A stretch of DNA of 64,000 bases, from assembly GCA_043799545.1 (NCBI GenBank), contig JAZDNO010000031.1, forward strand, positions 1-64,000, written 5' to 3'. Below are positions 37,504 to 47,320 of the stretch, piece after piece (position 1 is the first letter of the stretch; each line of letters begins with the position of its first letter). The stretch comes from Methanobacteriota archaeon (lineage in GTDB: Archaea > Thermoplasmatota > Thermoplasmata > SG8-5 > DAIRED01). The notes below the pieces were generated by a model. It ran no database searches. It was not told where the DNA came from and saw only the letters and a list, made by a program, of their open reading frames with translations. Both the position numbers and the translations under genes were made by a program.

Positions 37504-38706
37504 TCAAATGGTGTACCCCAGCCGCATCCTCTTCCTCAGCCGCGCAGCCCTCTTCTTCACGTCCCGGCCTCTCGCCCCGTCCGCGATTATTCCTGCCAGC
37601 TCCCCCATTTCCTTCTCGGCGAGGCCCATCCGGGTCACTTCCTGGACGCCAATGCGCCCGACCGCGTCCGTCACGATGTCGCACCTCTCCAGGCGCTTCG
37701 CGGCCGTGTTGACGTCCGTTCCCGAGAACTTCGAATAGCGCTTCTGGTCGATGATGAGTTGGTGCGAGGCGGTGAAGCCCAGGTGACCGTAGCGCAGCGG
37801 GTAGCCGAGCGCGTCCAGCTCCCGCCCGAGCGCCTTGGAGTTTTTCACAACCTGCGCGGCATATCTGTGGCCGTGTTTATTCCATTCCAGGAGCGCCTGC
37901 CCCGTCGCGGCTATGCGGTTGAGATGGGTGTTGTCGAGAACGCGCCATGTGAGGTTTTTCGTCACGGCATTGGCAATCTCAGAATCGTTCGTCAGCACTA
38001 CTCCTCCTTGCGGCCCCCAGAACGTCTTGTGCGTGTTGCCGACAACAATGTCCGCTCCCTCCTTCAAGGGGTCTTGGAACGACGGCAAAATCCCGAGCAC
38101 GTGGGCGGCGTCGTAGCCTAGTCTGGCACCGACGCTCTGGCAGGCTTCGGCAATCTCCTTCACCGGATGCGGGAAGGGAAGGTACGACGCCCCGAGGACG
38201 ACGAGCGACGGCTTTAATTTGCAGACTAGCGCGGCAGCTTTCGCGCCGTCTACCGTGCCGTTCCGCGAGTCGTATGGCAGGTACTTGGCTTTTAAGCCGA
38301 GGATGTCGGGGATGTACGGCTGGCAGTAGCCGTCGTATCCTCCGTCTTTCGAGTCCATTGTGAGGAGCAAGTCGCCTTTTTTGCAGCATGAGGCAAGCAT
38401 CAGAATCGAAGCGATATGCCCCGATAGCGGGTCGAGAAAGGCGTGCTTCGCGCCAAAAGCCTCTCGCGCCAGCTTCGTGGATTCGTCAACGACCTTCTCC
38501 GAAACCAGTGTTCCTCGGTAGGCGTTCTCGACCATGACGCCGTGGACTTCCGTGTTCAAAGGCATCGAGTAGCGCGATGCCAGGTCTGAGGACAAGAGGC
38601 TCTTGACTGCCGGGCTGGCGATGTTCTCGGAAGGAATCAGGTTGATCGCTCTGCGGAGGCGCCAATCATCATGAGCCCTCACCAGCTTCTGGATTTTCGT
38701 AGACAT
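37504..38706 (-). CDS. glyA: Serine hydroxymethyltransferase (archaeal type)
   Basis: NLIPSENIAS, YDAAHVLG, THKTFWGPQGG (PLP lysine). Confidence 0.9.
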   Translation of the reverse strand: MSTKIQKLVRAHDDWRLRRAINLIPSENIASPAVKSLLSSDLASRYSMPLNTEVHGVMVENAYRGTLVSEKVVDESTKLAREAFGAKHAFLDPLSGHIASILMLASCCKKGDLLLTMDSKDGGYDGYCQPYIPDILGLKAKYLPYDSRNGTVDGAKAAALVCKLKPSLVVLGASYLPFPHPVKEIAEACQSVGARLGYDAAHVLGILPSFQDPLKEGADIVVGNTHKTFWGPQGGVVLTNDSEIANAVTKNLTWRVLDNTHLNRIAATGQALLEWNKHGHRYAAQVVKNSKALGRELDALGYPLRYGHLGFTASHQLIIDQKRYSKFSGTDVNTAAKRLERCDIVTDAVGRIGVQEVTRMGLAEKEMGELAGIIADGARGRDVKKRAARLRKRMRLGYTI

Positions 38707-38709
38707 GGC

Positions 38710-38886
38710 TCAGTTGTATATCGAAAAATTGTCCTGCGGCGGGCGCATGGGCGGGTCCATCTCGTCCTCGGCCTCGTCGAACTCCATGACCATGTTGACC
38801 AGGGTGTTGACGACTTCGCGCAGCTGCTGGACCTCGGACCTGAGGCGCTTTATCTCCCCGAGAAGTTCGTCGTTCGGTTTAGGCAT
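38710..38886 (-). CDS. Small coiled-coil/acidic protein (58 aa), below the ORF-track cut-off
   Basis: MPKPNDELLGEIKRLRSEVQQLREVVNTLVNMVMEFDEAEDEMDPPMRPPQDNFSIYN; purine-rich RBS; stop 3 nt before the glyA start. Confidence 0.75.
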   Translation of the reverse strand: MPKPNDELLGEIKRLRSEVQQLREVVNTLVNMVMEFDEAEDEMDPPMRPPQDNFSIYN

Positions 38887-38925
38887 TTTTATCCCCCTAG
38901 AGCCTCTACATAGCGGTATGGGTTT

Positions 38926-41430
38926 TTATTTCTTTCTAACAGATGCGGCCTTGGTCAGTTGCTCCGCGTCTTGAGCGCCCTTCTCGTCCCCGACCTCGCG
39001 CAGGCACGCGGCCGCGAGCCCTCCCAACTCCCTCGCCCGGTCCGGTTTTCCAAGTTCCGCAAGCCCCCTCGCAGCGTCCGCGAGCCTCTGGCCCCTGAGC
39101 CCCGCCTCGGGGAATTTCATGCTGGAAGCGATTCCGCTTTCGAGCATCTCTTCCGCTCCCGCGCCCCCGAGTTTAACGAGCGTCCGCCCGAGGTTGATTC
39201 GCGCCGCCCCTATCAGCCCCTCGTCGCCGAGGCTGTCGAGCAGCTCGACCGCCCTCTCTCCCGAGCGCTTTGAAGATTTGAAATCCCCCGCGCAGAACTG
39301 CAGGTGCGCCAAATTCGTAGCCACGGCGGCCTCGAGCCTCAGCAGGCCCGCCTTTTTCGCTGCGGCCATCGCATCGGCCAGCTTCTTCGCGGCTGGCGCG
39401 GTCTCTCCGTCCTGCGCCATTGATATCGCGACGTTGGCCAGTATCACCGCGGCATCGGCCCTCTCCCCGGCTTTCACAGCGTGGCCGTGCGCCTCGTCGA
39501 GCCACTTGCGGGCCTTGGCGGAATCGCCCAGGTCGAGAGAGATGACTCCCAGCTCGTTCGCAGCCTCTCCCGCCAGACGCCAGTCCTTCCTCTTCTTGGC
39601 GGCGGCGAGCGCCTTGGCGAGCGTCAAGGCCGCCTTCTCGTACTCCCCGGAGCGCCTCTCCAGCCCGCCGAGCACTCGCAGTCCCTCCGCCCCGCACTTG
39701 TCGATGGCGGATTCGAGCATGCCCCTCGCCCCGGCGAGGTCGCCTTGTCGGGATAGGAGCCTGGCCGAGCGCAGTCGCCCCCTTATCGATTTCTCGCCTG
39801 ATGATGACAGCGCCAGCTTTCGCGAGAGCTCAAGTGCAGTCTTGTTGTCCCCGACATTGAAGGCCAGCTCAGCCACCAGGTCGTCCATGTCCTCAGATTT
39901 GCCGGGGCAGCATTTCAGCGCGATGGCAAGGGATTCTGCGATGTTCCCACCTGAAAGGATGCGGTCCCGATGCATCCGCAAGTGCCTCGCAGCTTCGGGC
40001 AAGCGGCCGGCCTTCCAGAGGTGGTGAAGGCGCTCGAACGGATCGTCCGCGTTGAGGTAGTAGTCTGCGGCGGAGGAGTGGAAGGCCTTCATTGCCGCGG
40101 CGTCGGCGCAAGACGAAACCGCCGCCCTGACCGCGCGGTGGACCGAAATGTTTCCGCCAGAATCCTCTTGCAGCAGCCCCGAACGCATGAGCGCTCCCAC
40201 CGCGGCTGGGCTGGATGACGCGGCGGACTGGGGGACAGGGACCCTATGAACCGAGTATCCGCCCAGCGCGTCGAAAGCCTCGGAGTCCAGGCCGCCCAGC
40301 ACGTCCCGCACCAGATGCCTCAGGGCGTCGCGTTCCGCGACCTCCGAGCCTGGCTTGACCAATGCCAGCGCCATCGGGTGGCCGCCCGTCAGCTCGAACA
40401 GGCGCTTCGCGTCCGCCTTGCCGGAAATGCCCCGATTTTCAAGGAGTTCCGCTGTCTCGTCTGCATCCAGCCCGCCGAGGTTGATTTCGGTGACCGAGCC
40501 GCTGGAAGTCTCAGGAACGCCGTAAAACGCTGGCTTGGCCTCGCAGCAGAGGACGATTTTCAACCCTCCGTCTCCGTGCCCCAGAGCCTCCATGAACGGG
40601 TTCAGTGATGCCGCGGCGTGGGAATAGCCCCCGACGACGACGAGCATCCGCCTCCTTGCGGAGCACAGAGCCGCCGCCACCTCCCTCGCATCGGGCCTCC
40701 TGGAACCCTGGAATGCGAACCCAGGCAGGCCTGCGAACCTGGCGACCTCCCCTGCGAACCGCTCCGCGGAATCGAGGGCGCTCCCCGCGTGCCACATCGT
40801 CGGCAGGCCCGCTCCCGCGAACGCCTTCGCGACCAGGCTGGACTTCCCTATTCCCTGCATGCCAAGGACGACGGCGAACCTTCCGCCCCCGGCGAGCCAG
40901 CCTTTGAGGGATTCGACCTCGGCCCCGCGCCCGACGAAACCGTCCGGGACGGGCCAGGCGGCGGGGGTTGATTTGGACTTGGCATCGGCCAGCTTGGATT
41001 CGTCGAGGTCGCCGCCGCCCGCGAGCAGGCCGATTGCGCGAGCCTCGGAAAGACCCAGCGCCCCGGTCAGCCGCTGCAGCGCGGCCGCGCCGTCCAGTTC
41101 CTTTGCGCCCTCCTCTGAAACGAGCGTCACGCGCTTGCGGAGCGCCGCCTCGCGCATGGCCAACGCCTCCTTGTACGAATCTGCGTTCAGGAAGTACACT
41201 TTCTTCTTGGTCCTCGCGCCTCTGACGTGCGCCTGGCGTTCGACCAGCTTCCCTTTCTCCTTGAGCTTCCCCAGCTCCAGCGCGGCGTGCGCCCTGCTGA
41301 TGCCGCAGCCCTCGGCCACGCCTTCCTGCGTCACGCCGGACGGGACCTCGAACTCCTCTGCGAAGCGGGAGAACCTGGAAAGATGGAGCACGATGGTCTC
41401 CCACACGCTGAGCGGACCTCTCTTCGCCAT
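38926..41430 (-). CDS. wHTH + STAND-like P-loop NTPase + TPR repeats
   Basis: TQEGVAEGCGISRAH wHTH, FVGRGAEV, GMQGIGKSSL Walker A, GGHPMALAL, helical repeats. Confidence 0.85.
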   Translation of the reverse strand: MAKRGPLSVWETIVLHLSRFSRFAEEFEVPSGVTQEGVAEGCGISRAHAALELGKLKEKGKLVERQAHVRGARTKKKVYFLNADSYKEALAMREAALRKRVTLVSEEGAKELDGAAALQRLTGALGLSEARAIGLLAGGGDLDESKLADAKSKSTPAAWPVPDGFVGRGAEVESLKGWLAGGGRFAVVLGMQGIGKSSLVAKAFAGAGLPTMWHAGSALDSAERFAGEVARFAGLPGFAFQGSRRPDAREVAAALCSARRRMLVVVGGYSHAAASLNPFMEALGHGDGGLKIVLCCEAKPAFYGVPETSSGSVTEINLGGLDADETAELLENRGISGKADAKRLFELTGGHPMALALVKPGSEVAERDALRHLVRDVLGGLDSEAFDALGGYSVHRVPVPQSAASSSPAAVGALMRSGLLQEDSGGNISVHRAVRAAVSSCADAAAMKAFHSSAADYYLNADDPFERLHHLWKAGRLPEAARHLRMHRDRILSGGNIAESLAIALKCCPGKSEDMDDLVAELAFNVGDNKTALELSRKLALSSSGEKSIRGRLRSARLLSRQGDLAGARGMLESAIDKCGAEGLRVLGGLERRSGEYEKAALTLAKALAAAKKRKDWRLAGEAANELGVISLDLGDSAKARKWLDEAHGHAVKAGERADAAVILANVAISMAQDGETAPAAKKLADAMAAAKKAGLLRLEAAVATNLAHLQFCAGDFKSSKRSGERAVELLDSLGDEGLIGAARINLGRTLVKLGGAGAEEMLESGIASSMKFPEAGLRGQRLADAARGLAELGKPDRARELGGLAAACLREVGDEKGAQDAEQLTKAASVRKK

Positions 41431-41471
41431 CCGCCCGGGATTGCCCGGCCCCTACTTAAAATTTGACTTGG

Positions 41472-41498
41472 AAAAAATTGCGCCCGCCAGCGCGGGCG
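41472..41498 (-). terminator. GC hairpin plus U-tract
   Basis: Minus strand cgcccgc-gctg-gcgggcg followed by caatttttt. Confidence 0.55.
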
Positions 41499-41603
41499 GC
41501 GGCGGGCATGGATGTGGGACAGATATGAGCGCAATGGCCGATGGACGCTGGCGAGATATGCCATCCTCAGCAGTCTCGGCCACGCACTTTCCCGCAGCGT
41601 GGC

Positions 41604-41717
41604 CTAGACTGGCTCAAGGCTGACAGCCCCGTCGGTCAGCCCGACGCGTATCCTCAGTCCAGCGGCCGTTATCGCCAGCTCAAGACCGAATGCGTTGGAT
41701 TTCTCGTTGCCGTTCAT
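41604..41717 (-). CDS. Putative 37-aa peptide
   Basis: MNGNEKSNAFGLELAITAAGLRIRVGLTDGAVSLEPV, preceded by a GGTGATG RBS and divergent from the wHTH gene. Confidence 0.5.
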   Translation of the reverse strand: MNGNEKSNAFGLELAITAAGLRIRVGLTDGAVSLEPV

Positions 41718-41807
41718 TTTTCATCACCCTAGACGAGTAACGTAATAGCTTGGGGGCTATTAAAACTTTTGTTTTAATGAAGTAAACGGTGATGTTCATC
41801 ATAGAAA

Positions 41808-41825
41808 TGTTTATATCATTAAACA
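41808..41825. promoter_or_regulatory. Perfect 6-6-6 inverted repeat over the TATA box (candidate operator)
   Basis: tgttta-tatcat-taaaca; weaker copy gtttta-atgaag-taaacg at 41771-41788. Confidence 0.6.
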
Positions 41826-41851
41826 ATCATATGGTATCTGGGTGATAAAAA

Positions 41852-42481
41852 ATGAAGATGATGAAGATGATATCGAACCCGGAAGCCTTCCAGCTGCTGG
41901 CCGACGAGACGCGCCGCAGGATGATTTACCTGCTGAGGGTCAAGGAGATGACGGTGAGCCAGATAGCCGAGCAGATGGGGCTCACACCTCAGGCCATATA
42001 CCACCACATACACAAGCTAAAGGAGGTCGACATGATTGAGGTGGCGCGCGAGGAGCGCATAGGCCACTTCATCGAGACATACTACCGCTCCACGGCGGAG
42101 ATGTTCCACATATCTCACGGGAAGCGCGGGGCCGAGAAGGACTACGAGGAGCAGACGAAGGCGGCCCTCGACGGCCTCGAGAAGCTGGGAATGAAGGTGG
42201 AATGCGGCCCCGGCACGATTAAAGACTTGATCGGCCTTGCCAGGGAGATGGAGGAGTGCTGCGCGATGAAGGACTGGGCCGACCGCATATCGGACCTCGG
42301 CCTCGACTACCTCACGCAGCAGGCCGTCCTGGAGTACGCCCAAATGGCCGCCATGAGCGAGAAGGAGATGGCGGAGAACGAGGAGCGTGCGCGCAAAGTC
42401 TGGAAGATACTCCGCTCGTGCGTCGAGGTCGGCCCGGCTTTGAAGAAATCGAAACCGGAAAAGAAGAAGGGCAAGAGATAG
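41852..42481 (+). CDS. ArsR-like winged-helix transcriptional regulator
   Basis: LLADETRRRMIYLL, MTVSQIA..TPQAIYHHIHKL and IETYYR motifs. Confidence 0.9.
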   Translation: MKMMKMISNPEAFQLLADETRRRMIYLLRVKEMTVSQIAEQMGLTPQAIYHHIHKLKEVDMIEVAREERIGHFIETYYRSTAEMFHISHGKRGAEKDYEEQTKAALDGLEKLGMKVECGPGTIKDLIGLAREMEECCAMKDWADRISDLGLDYLTQQAVLEYAQMAAMSEKEMAENEERARKVWKILRSCVEVGPALKKSKPEKKKGKR

Positions 42482-42563
42482 GGCGCTCAAGCGGCAGGCC
42501 CCCTGCGGGATTCCCCGGGAACACCCGCCCGCTGTTTTAATACGCAAACGTCTATGTTGAAAC

Positions 42564-42920
42564 ATGTTCGGGAAGGCCGTAGTCCGCGCGGGATGGAAGT
42601 TCGCCATATTCTTCGGCGTGGCAATCGCAGTCCTGTCCATCCTGGCCGTGCTGTTCTCCGGCGGTTACGAGAGCACCTGGGTATCTTTCAAGGACAAGCT
42701 CTTCCTGGGGGGTCTTTTTGTGGTGACGGTGGGGGCATTCATCGGAGCGGGATTCGCGCACAACATCTACTACGGAAGCGGTCTCTACAAGATGTCCAGC
42801 ACTTACATGCACGCAGTCAACGACGACCGCCTGCAGAGGAGGAGGGAAGACTTCGTCTTCATGATTTCCTGCTTCATCGGCGGGGGAGCCCTGGTGTTGC
42901 TGCCCTTCCTCCTGCCGTGA
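42564..42920 (+). CDS. Small membrane protein (about 3 TM)
   Basis: Three hydrophobic segments; lies directly upstream of pelota. Confidence 0.65.
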   Translation: MFGKAVVRAGWKFAIFFGVAIAVLSILAVLFSGGYESTWVSFKDKLFLGGLFVVTVGAFIGAGFAHNIYYGSGLYKMSSTYMHAVNDDRLQRRREDFVFMISCFIGGGALVLLPFLLP

Positions 42921-42950
42921 TTCCGATAGTTCCATATTCCACTTAGGCGA

Positions 42951-44006
42951 TTGTCGGGCGAGATGAAGCTGCTTCACTGGGACGGACGGACGGGGACCGC
43001 AAAGCTCCTGACGCACACTATGGACGACCTCTGGCACCTCTACAATCTCGTCTCACCTGGGAACCTCGTTCACGCCTCCACGCACCGAAGGGGCGAGGAG
43101 AAGAGCGACAAGCTCCGCGCCGAGAGGGCCGATAAAAAGCGCATGTGGCTGGGAATCCGCGTCGAGAAGGTGGAGTTCCACGAGTTCTCGGACAGGCTGC
43201 GAATCTCGGGCACGATAGAGGAAGGGCCGCAGGACATCGGCCAGCATCACACCCTCAACCTCGAGCCGGGCGACGACATAGAGCTCACCAGAGAATGGCG
43301 AGCCATAGACCAGCAGCGCGTCCGGGACGCTGAGAAGGCGACCCACCAGCCGCTCGTGACGTTCATAGCGCTGGACGACGAGGAGGCGGTCTTCGCCGTC
43401 GTGCGCCAGTACGGAGTCCAGGAGATCGCGCGCATCAAATCCAACAAGGCCGGAAAGGATTATCCGTCCGCGAAGGGCCAGAAGGAGGCGTACTTCATGG
43501 AAATCCTCGACAAGCTCGCGGGGATGCATGGGTCGGACGCCCTGATAATCATAGGGCCGGGGTTCGAGAAGGAGGAGCTCTCGTCCTACGCCAGGGAGAA
43601 GCGCCCGGAGCTCGTCAAGGGGGCGCAGGTCCTCGGCACGGGGCAGACCGGGATGCGCGCCGTCAGCGAGGTGATGAAGGGGAACAAGGCCGGCGACATA
43701 GTGTCCGGCGGCAGGGTGGCGATGGAAACGTCCCTCGTCGAGGAGCTGATGGCCAGAATGGGCAAGGACGGGGCGGTTGCCTACGGGCCAGCCGAGGTCA
43801 AATCGGCGATAGAGAGCGGTGCGGCGGAGACGCTGCTCATAACTGACGAGCTGGTGCGCGAGAAAGGCTCAGAGGAGCTGATGCGCCTCGCCGAATCGAC
43901 AGCGTGCCGCGTCGTTGTGATAAGCACGGTGCACGAGGGCGGGAAGGAGCTGAGCTCGCTGGGCGGGGCGGGGGCGCTGTTGCGGTACAAGCTCTCGGGG
44001 TCTTGA
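42951..44006 (+). CDS. pelA: Pelota/Dom34 ribosome rescue factor
   Basis: DDLWHLYNLV, RLRISGTI, GQHHTLN, GPGFEK and LGGAGALLRY motifs. Confidence 0.97.
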   Translation: MSGEMKLLHWDGRTGTAKLLTHTMDDLWHLYNLVSPGNLVHASTHRRGEEKSDKLRAERADKKRMWLGIRVEKVEFHEFSDRLRISGTIEEGPQDIGQHHTLNLEPGDDIELTREWRAIDQQRVRDAEKATHQPLVTFIALDDEEAVFAVVRQYGVQEIARIKSNKAGKDYPSAKGQKEAYFMEILDKLAGMHGSDALIIIGPGFEKEELSSYAREKRPELVKGAQVLGTGQTGMRAVSEVMKGNKAGDIVSGGRVAMETSLVEELMARMGKDGAVAYGPAEVKSAIESGAAETLLITDELVREKGSEELMRLAESTACRVVVISTVHEGGKELSSLGGAGALLRYKLSGS

Positions 44007-44066
44007 CCGGTATCGATTATCATCGAATTGAATACCTTTAAATATCCTCAAACCTACGTATTCCCG

Positions 44067-45740
44067 ATGAAGTGTAGGCTCCTAACAGTCGTCGCGGCCT
44101 GGGCAATGGCCTCAATCCTTATCGCTCCAATGGCGATATTTGGCGAAACGCCGGTCGAAGAGGTCAATCTGTATGCCCCTGGAATATACGATGTCGATTT
44201 CCAGGACTCCTTCGGGATGTCGCTCGTCAACGGCATGGCCGACGCGGGAAGCCCCGGGGCGGCGCCCGGGTACAGAGTTGTCGTGAACGCCTACGACCCG
44301 GATGGCTGGGGGGATATCTCTGAGGTCCACCTGCGCGCCTGGTACGACGAGGGGCTGGCCGCCGTTCCCAATTATGGCCCGGAGATGCCGGATTCCAGGG
44401 AGAACCTGCAGTTTCACATGGTGTTCGATACCGCCCTTGGTTTCTGTTTCATGGTTTATCCTGAGCAATCAGACCCGGAGGTCGCCACTGCGTACGGCGG
44501 TTGTTTCATGTTTCAGACGAGCCCCACGGACCTGTCAATCAGCCTCGGCTTCGCGATGCACGAGCAGGTCAGGGCCGCGGCAGGCCCGTTCACCGAGATG
44601 CCGGGCCAAAAATTCGACGGAGGTTTCCCCGGAAGCCAGTCGGGACCATTCGCCCTAAACGACCCCTACACGTGGGACTTCGAGGTCGAGGTATTGGATT
44701 CCGCTCTCGGCTCGGCGCGCGCCTACGATGAATTCGGGATTTACCGATACCTGTCTCTCGACGCTCTGGAGATGCCAGGCGAAGGCCACCTGTACGCATG
44801 CGGGCCACCGAGTACGACGGATGTGCTTTTCAACCCCTCGAATTCGGATTTGCTGTACCATGCCAACTGCGAGCACAATCTGGGCGTATGGATAACCGAT
44901 TTGGCGCACGAAGAACTTGGATTCATCACCATCCCCGCCACAAGCATCGCGGTCTCGGGCGGCGAGATGTCCGCGAGGATTTCGTTTGCTGGCGCTGGCC
45001 CGTCGAACACTCTATATTTACTCGGGGAATCATACGAAACAGTTTCGTCGAAGAGCTTCAGCCGGACGACGTCAATCACAGATTTCTCCGGGACGCTCCC
45101 GGTCACATTCTGGGTGGACATACCGGCCGTGCCATCGGGAACGTACAGCGGGATGCTGACATACATACTCAACGGTTTGAGCGTCCAAACCGAAATTTCT
45201 GTCTCCGTACCGGAGTGGTTCGACATCCCAGTCTCCGCCGGATGGAACCTGATTTCGCTGCCGCTGGCGCCAGTTTCCGAGTCGATAGCCATCGCGCTGA
45301 TGGACAGATCCTACTGGAACAACGATGCGCAGTGGGATAGGGCCATGTGCTTCGACTCGTGGGACACGGCGGACCACTGGGAGCAGTATTCGGTTTCGTG
45401 GGCGCCTTCGCTCAACGACTTGGCCTGCATCAATTCGAGCCGGGGGATATGGCTGCACGTCACGGATCCCGGCGACGGATACATCGAAATCTGGGGAACT
45501 TGGCTGAACTGCACGCAAACAAACCTCAGAGCCGGCTGGAACCTCGTCGGTTATCCAACGTTGACAACTGGTGTCACTGTCGCCGAGGCGTTCGCGGGCA
45601 CCGGAGCGGACATAGTCGAAGTGGTCGACCTGGCCCAGCCCTACCTGACCAGGGTCGCGGAGCAGACCTACGTCATGACGCCCGGCGAGGGGTACTGGGT
45701 GCACGTGCCGTCTGACATCATTTGGACCGTGTATTGGTAG
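44067..45740 (+). CDS. Secreted/surface protein with C-terminal GWNL(I/V) repeats
   Basis: Signal peptide, acidic beta-rich body, AGWNLISLPL and AGWNLVGYP; start ATG 44067. Confidence 0.75.
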   Translation: MKCRLLTVVAAWAMASILIAPMAIFGETPVEEVNLYAPGIYDVDFQDSFGMSLVNGMADAGSPGAAPGYRVVVNAYDPDGWGDISEVHLRAWYDEGLAAVPNYGPEMPDSRENLQFHMVFDTALGFCFMVYPEQSDPEVATAYGGCFMFQTSPTDLSISLGFAMHEQVRAAAGPFTEMPGQKFDGGFPGSQSGPFALNDPYTWDFEVEVLDSALGSARAYDEFGIYRYLSLDALEMPGEGHLYACGPPSTTDVLFNPSNSDLLYHANCEHNLGVWITDLAHEELGFITIPATSIAVSGGEMSARISFAGAGPSNTLYLLGESYETVSSKSFSRTTSITDFSGTLPVTFWVDIPAVPSGTYSGMLTYILNGLSVQTEISVSVPEWFDIPVSAGWNLISLPLAPVSESIAIALMDRSYWNNDAQWDRAMCFDSWDTADHWEQYSVSWAPSLNDLACINSSRGIWLHVTDPGDGYIEIWGTWLNCTQTNLRAGWNLVGYPTLTTGVTVAEAFAGTGADIVEVVDLAQPYLTRVAEQTYVMTPGEGYWVHVPSDIIWTVYW

Positions 45741-45776
45741 TCCGCGCTGAACGGCGTTTCTTTTTCCGGCAGTCAG

Positions 45777-46349
45777 TCACGCCCTTCCCCGGCTCTCCCC
45801 CTTCGCGGCCGCCGTGGCAACGAGGTGCGCCAGCCTCAGAGGCTCGGGAATGGCTCCCTGGACAATCGATTTCCGTATGATCTCTTCCGCCTCACGGAAT
45901 TCCATGCCCGCGCAATCGTAATAAACCGGGCTGTGCCCCGTGTCCAGTTTCCTCAACTTTCTCCTCGAAAGGATTCCGTATCTCCTATCCCAATCGTCGA
46001 AATTTATCTTCAGGGCGCCCTTCACCGCCTTCATGTCCGGCTTGTCCCTCGTCAATGTGATTACGGCTATTTCCGTCTCCTGGCTCAGCACGTCGATGTC
46101 GATGACGTTGAACCCCCCCATCGCCGCTCCGTCGAGCATCATCGCCTTGGGCTGGTCTCTATAGGGCGAAGCCCGGACCATCTTCCCGATGGTCTCGCCA
46201 GCATCCTCGCCGTCGACCTGCACGGTGCCAATCAAAACGGCCTCGACGTAGTTCGGAAGGCGCACCAGGACGCCCGCGAGCGGCGCGTGCCTGTCCGTGA
46301 ATTTGAACGGCCCGTCGTCGAACGCCAGGACGCGCACGTGGGATTTCAT
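45777..46349 (-). CDS. DUF99 family protein (endonuclease V-like/endonuclease dU)
   Basis: RVLAFDDGPF, VDGEDA, MLDGAAMGGFNVIDI and IPEPLRLAHLVA motifs. Confidence 0.92.
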   Translation of the reverse strand: MKSHVRVLAFDDGPFKFTDRHAPLAGVLVRLPNYVEAVLIGTVQVDGEDAGETIGKMVRASPYRDQPKAMMLDGAAMGGFNVIDIDVLSQETEIAVITLTRDKPDMKAVKGALKINFDDWDRRYGILSRRKLRKLDTGHSPVYYDCAGMEFREAEEIIRKSIVQGAIPEPLRLAHLVATAAAKGESRGRA

Positions 46350-46371
46350 GGTTTTCCAGCCTGCGTCCCCG

Positions 46372-46737
46372 TCACCACAGCGGCAGGGAGCCAGTCACCT
46401 TGTCCACGAGCGACCCGGGGCCCGGGCCTATCCCGAGGCAGGTCGCGGTACCCGGAGGAAGCTCGGTCATGCCAGCGTCCTCGATGAGCGCGGTCGGCAA
46501 CCTCAGCGAACGGGCCTTTCTCTCAAGCTCGCGAAGCTCCGCGAGGCCGCTCGCCTTGAGCACGACCTTGCGCTGCCCCTCGCTGTACCAGTCGCCGAAC
46601 TCCTTCGGTGTCTTGCTCTTGGCGAAATGCGCGCAGCTCACGGCCGCGTGCGCCACCTGCGCAGACATCTTGCCGGGGCTCATCCCCAAGTCCGCTCGCA
46701 CTACGATGACCATCTTGTGTTCGAATTCACCCTTCAA
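46372..46737 (-). CDS. pth2: Peptidyl-tRNA hydrolase type 2
   Basis: KMVIVVRADLGMSPGKMSAQVAHA, GQRKVVL and DAGMTELPPGT motifs. Confidence 0.97.
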   Translation of the reverse strand: MKGEFEHKMVIVVRADLGMSPGKMSAQVAHAAVSCAHFAKSKTPKEFGDWYSEGQRKVVLKASGLAELRELERKARSLRLPTALIEDAGMTELPPGTATCLGIGPGPGSLVDKVTGSLPLW

Positions 46738-47320
46738 GTCCCTCGCCTCCCGCCAGGCTCTCCAGCTCCGCGTCGACCTTCTCGATTTCGTCGACCGCCT
46801 CGCGCTTCAGCCTCGCGTACTTGTCGCGCCTGCTGCCCACGTTCATCCGCTCCTTCGCCTCGAGCCCTTCCACCCTCTTCTGCAGCTCCACGCGCTTTTT
46901 CCCCAGCTCGTCGAGCTTCATCTTTCCGGCGGGGGTGCGCCTCCGCATGTCCATGCTCCGGGGGTCGTGCGGCGGGAGCCTCGCAAGCTTCGGGTGCAGG
47001 CGCGCGGTCCAGCGGTACGCTCCGCGCCACCAGCCGACCGCGAACAGGGCGCCGGAAAGGGCGAGAAGCGAAGCCCAGAGGTAAGGCGCGTCTATGTACC
47101 CCAGCCCCGTATCAGGGTTCGTGCCGAGCGCGTTGAGCCCGAAGTTCACGAGGATGACGAGCGCCATGCTCAGGCCAATCCCTATGGTGATGCGGTAGAC
47201 TAGGTCTATCTCCGAATCGAACTCGTTGCGCCTTGGAAACAGGGCGTTCACGAGGCAGTAGCCCGGCACGAAGAAGACCACCAGAAGCCCCGCGACGACC
47301 TGGACTGGATTCGCCATCAT
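46727..47320 (-). CDS. DUF1616-like membrane protein with coiled-coil C-terminus
   Basis: FFVPGYCLVNALFP...IGIGLSMAL; start trimmed to ATG 47320. Confidence 0.75.
   Translation of the reverse strand: MMANPVQVVAGLLVVFFVPGYCLVNALFPRRNEFDSEIDLVYRITIGIGLSMALVILVNFGLNALGTNPDTGLGYIDAPYLWASLLALSGALFAVGWWRGAYRWTARLHPKLARLPPHDPRSMDMRRRTPAGKMKLDELGKKRVELQKRVEGLEAKERMNVGSRRDKYARLKREAVDEIEKVDAELESLAGGEGLEG

Noticed and set aside
8977-46737. ABCE1, pelota and Pth2 as a ribosome-rescue cluster
   Set aside because: Tens of kb apart with unrelated genes between; ordinary housekeeping.
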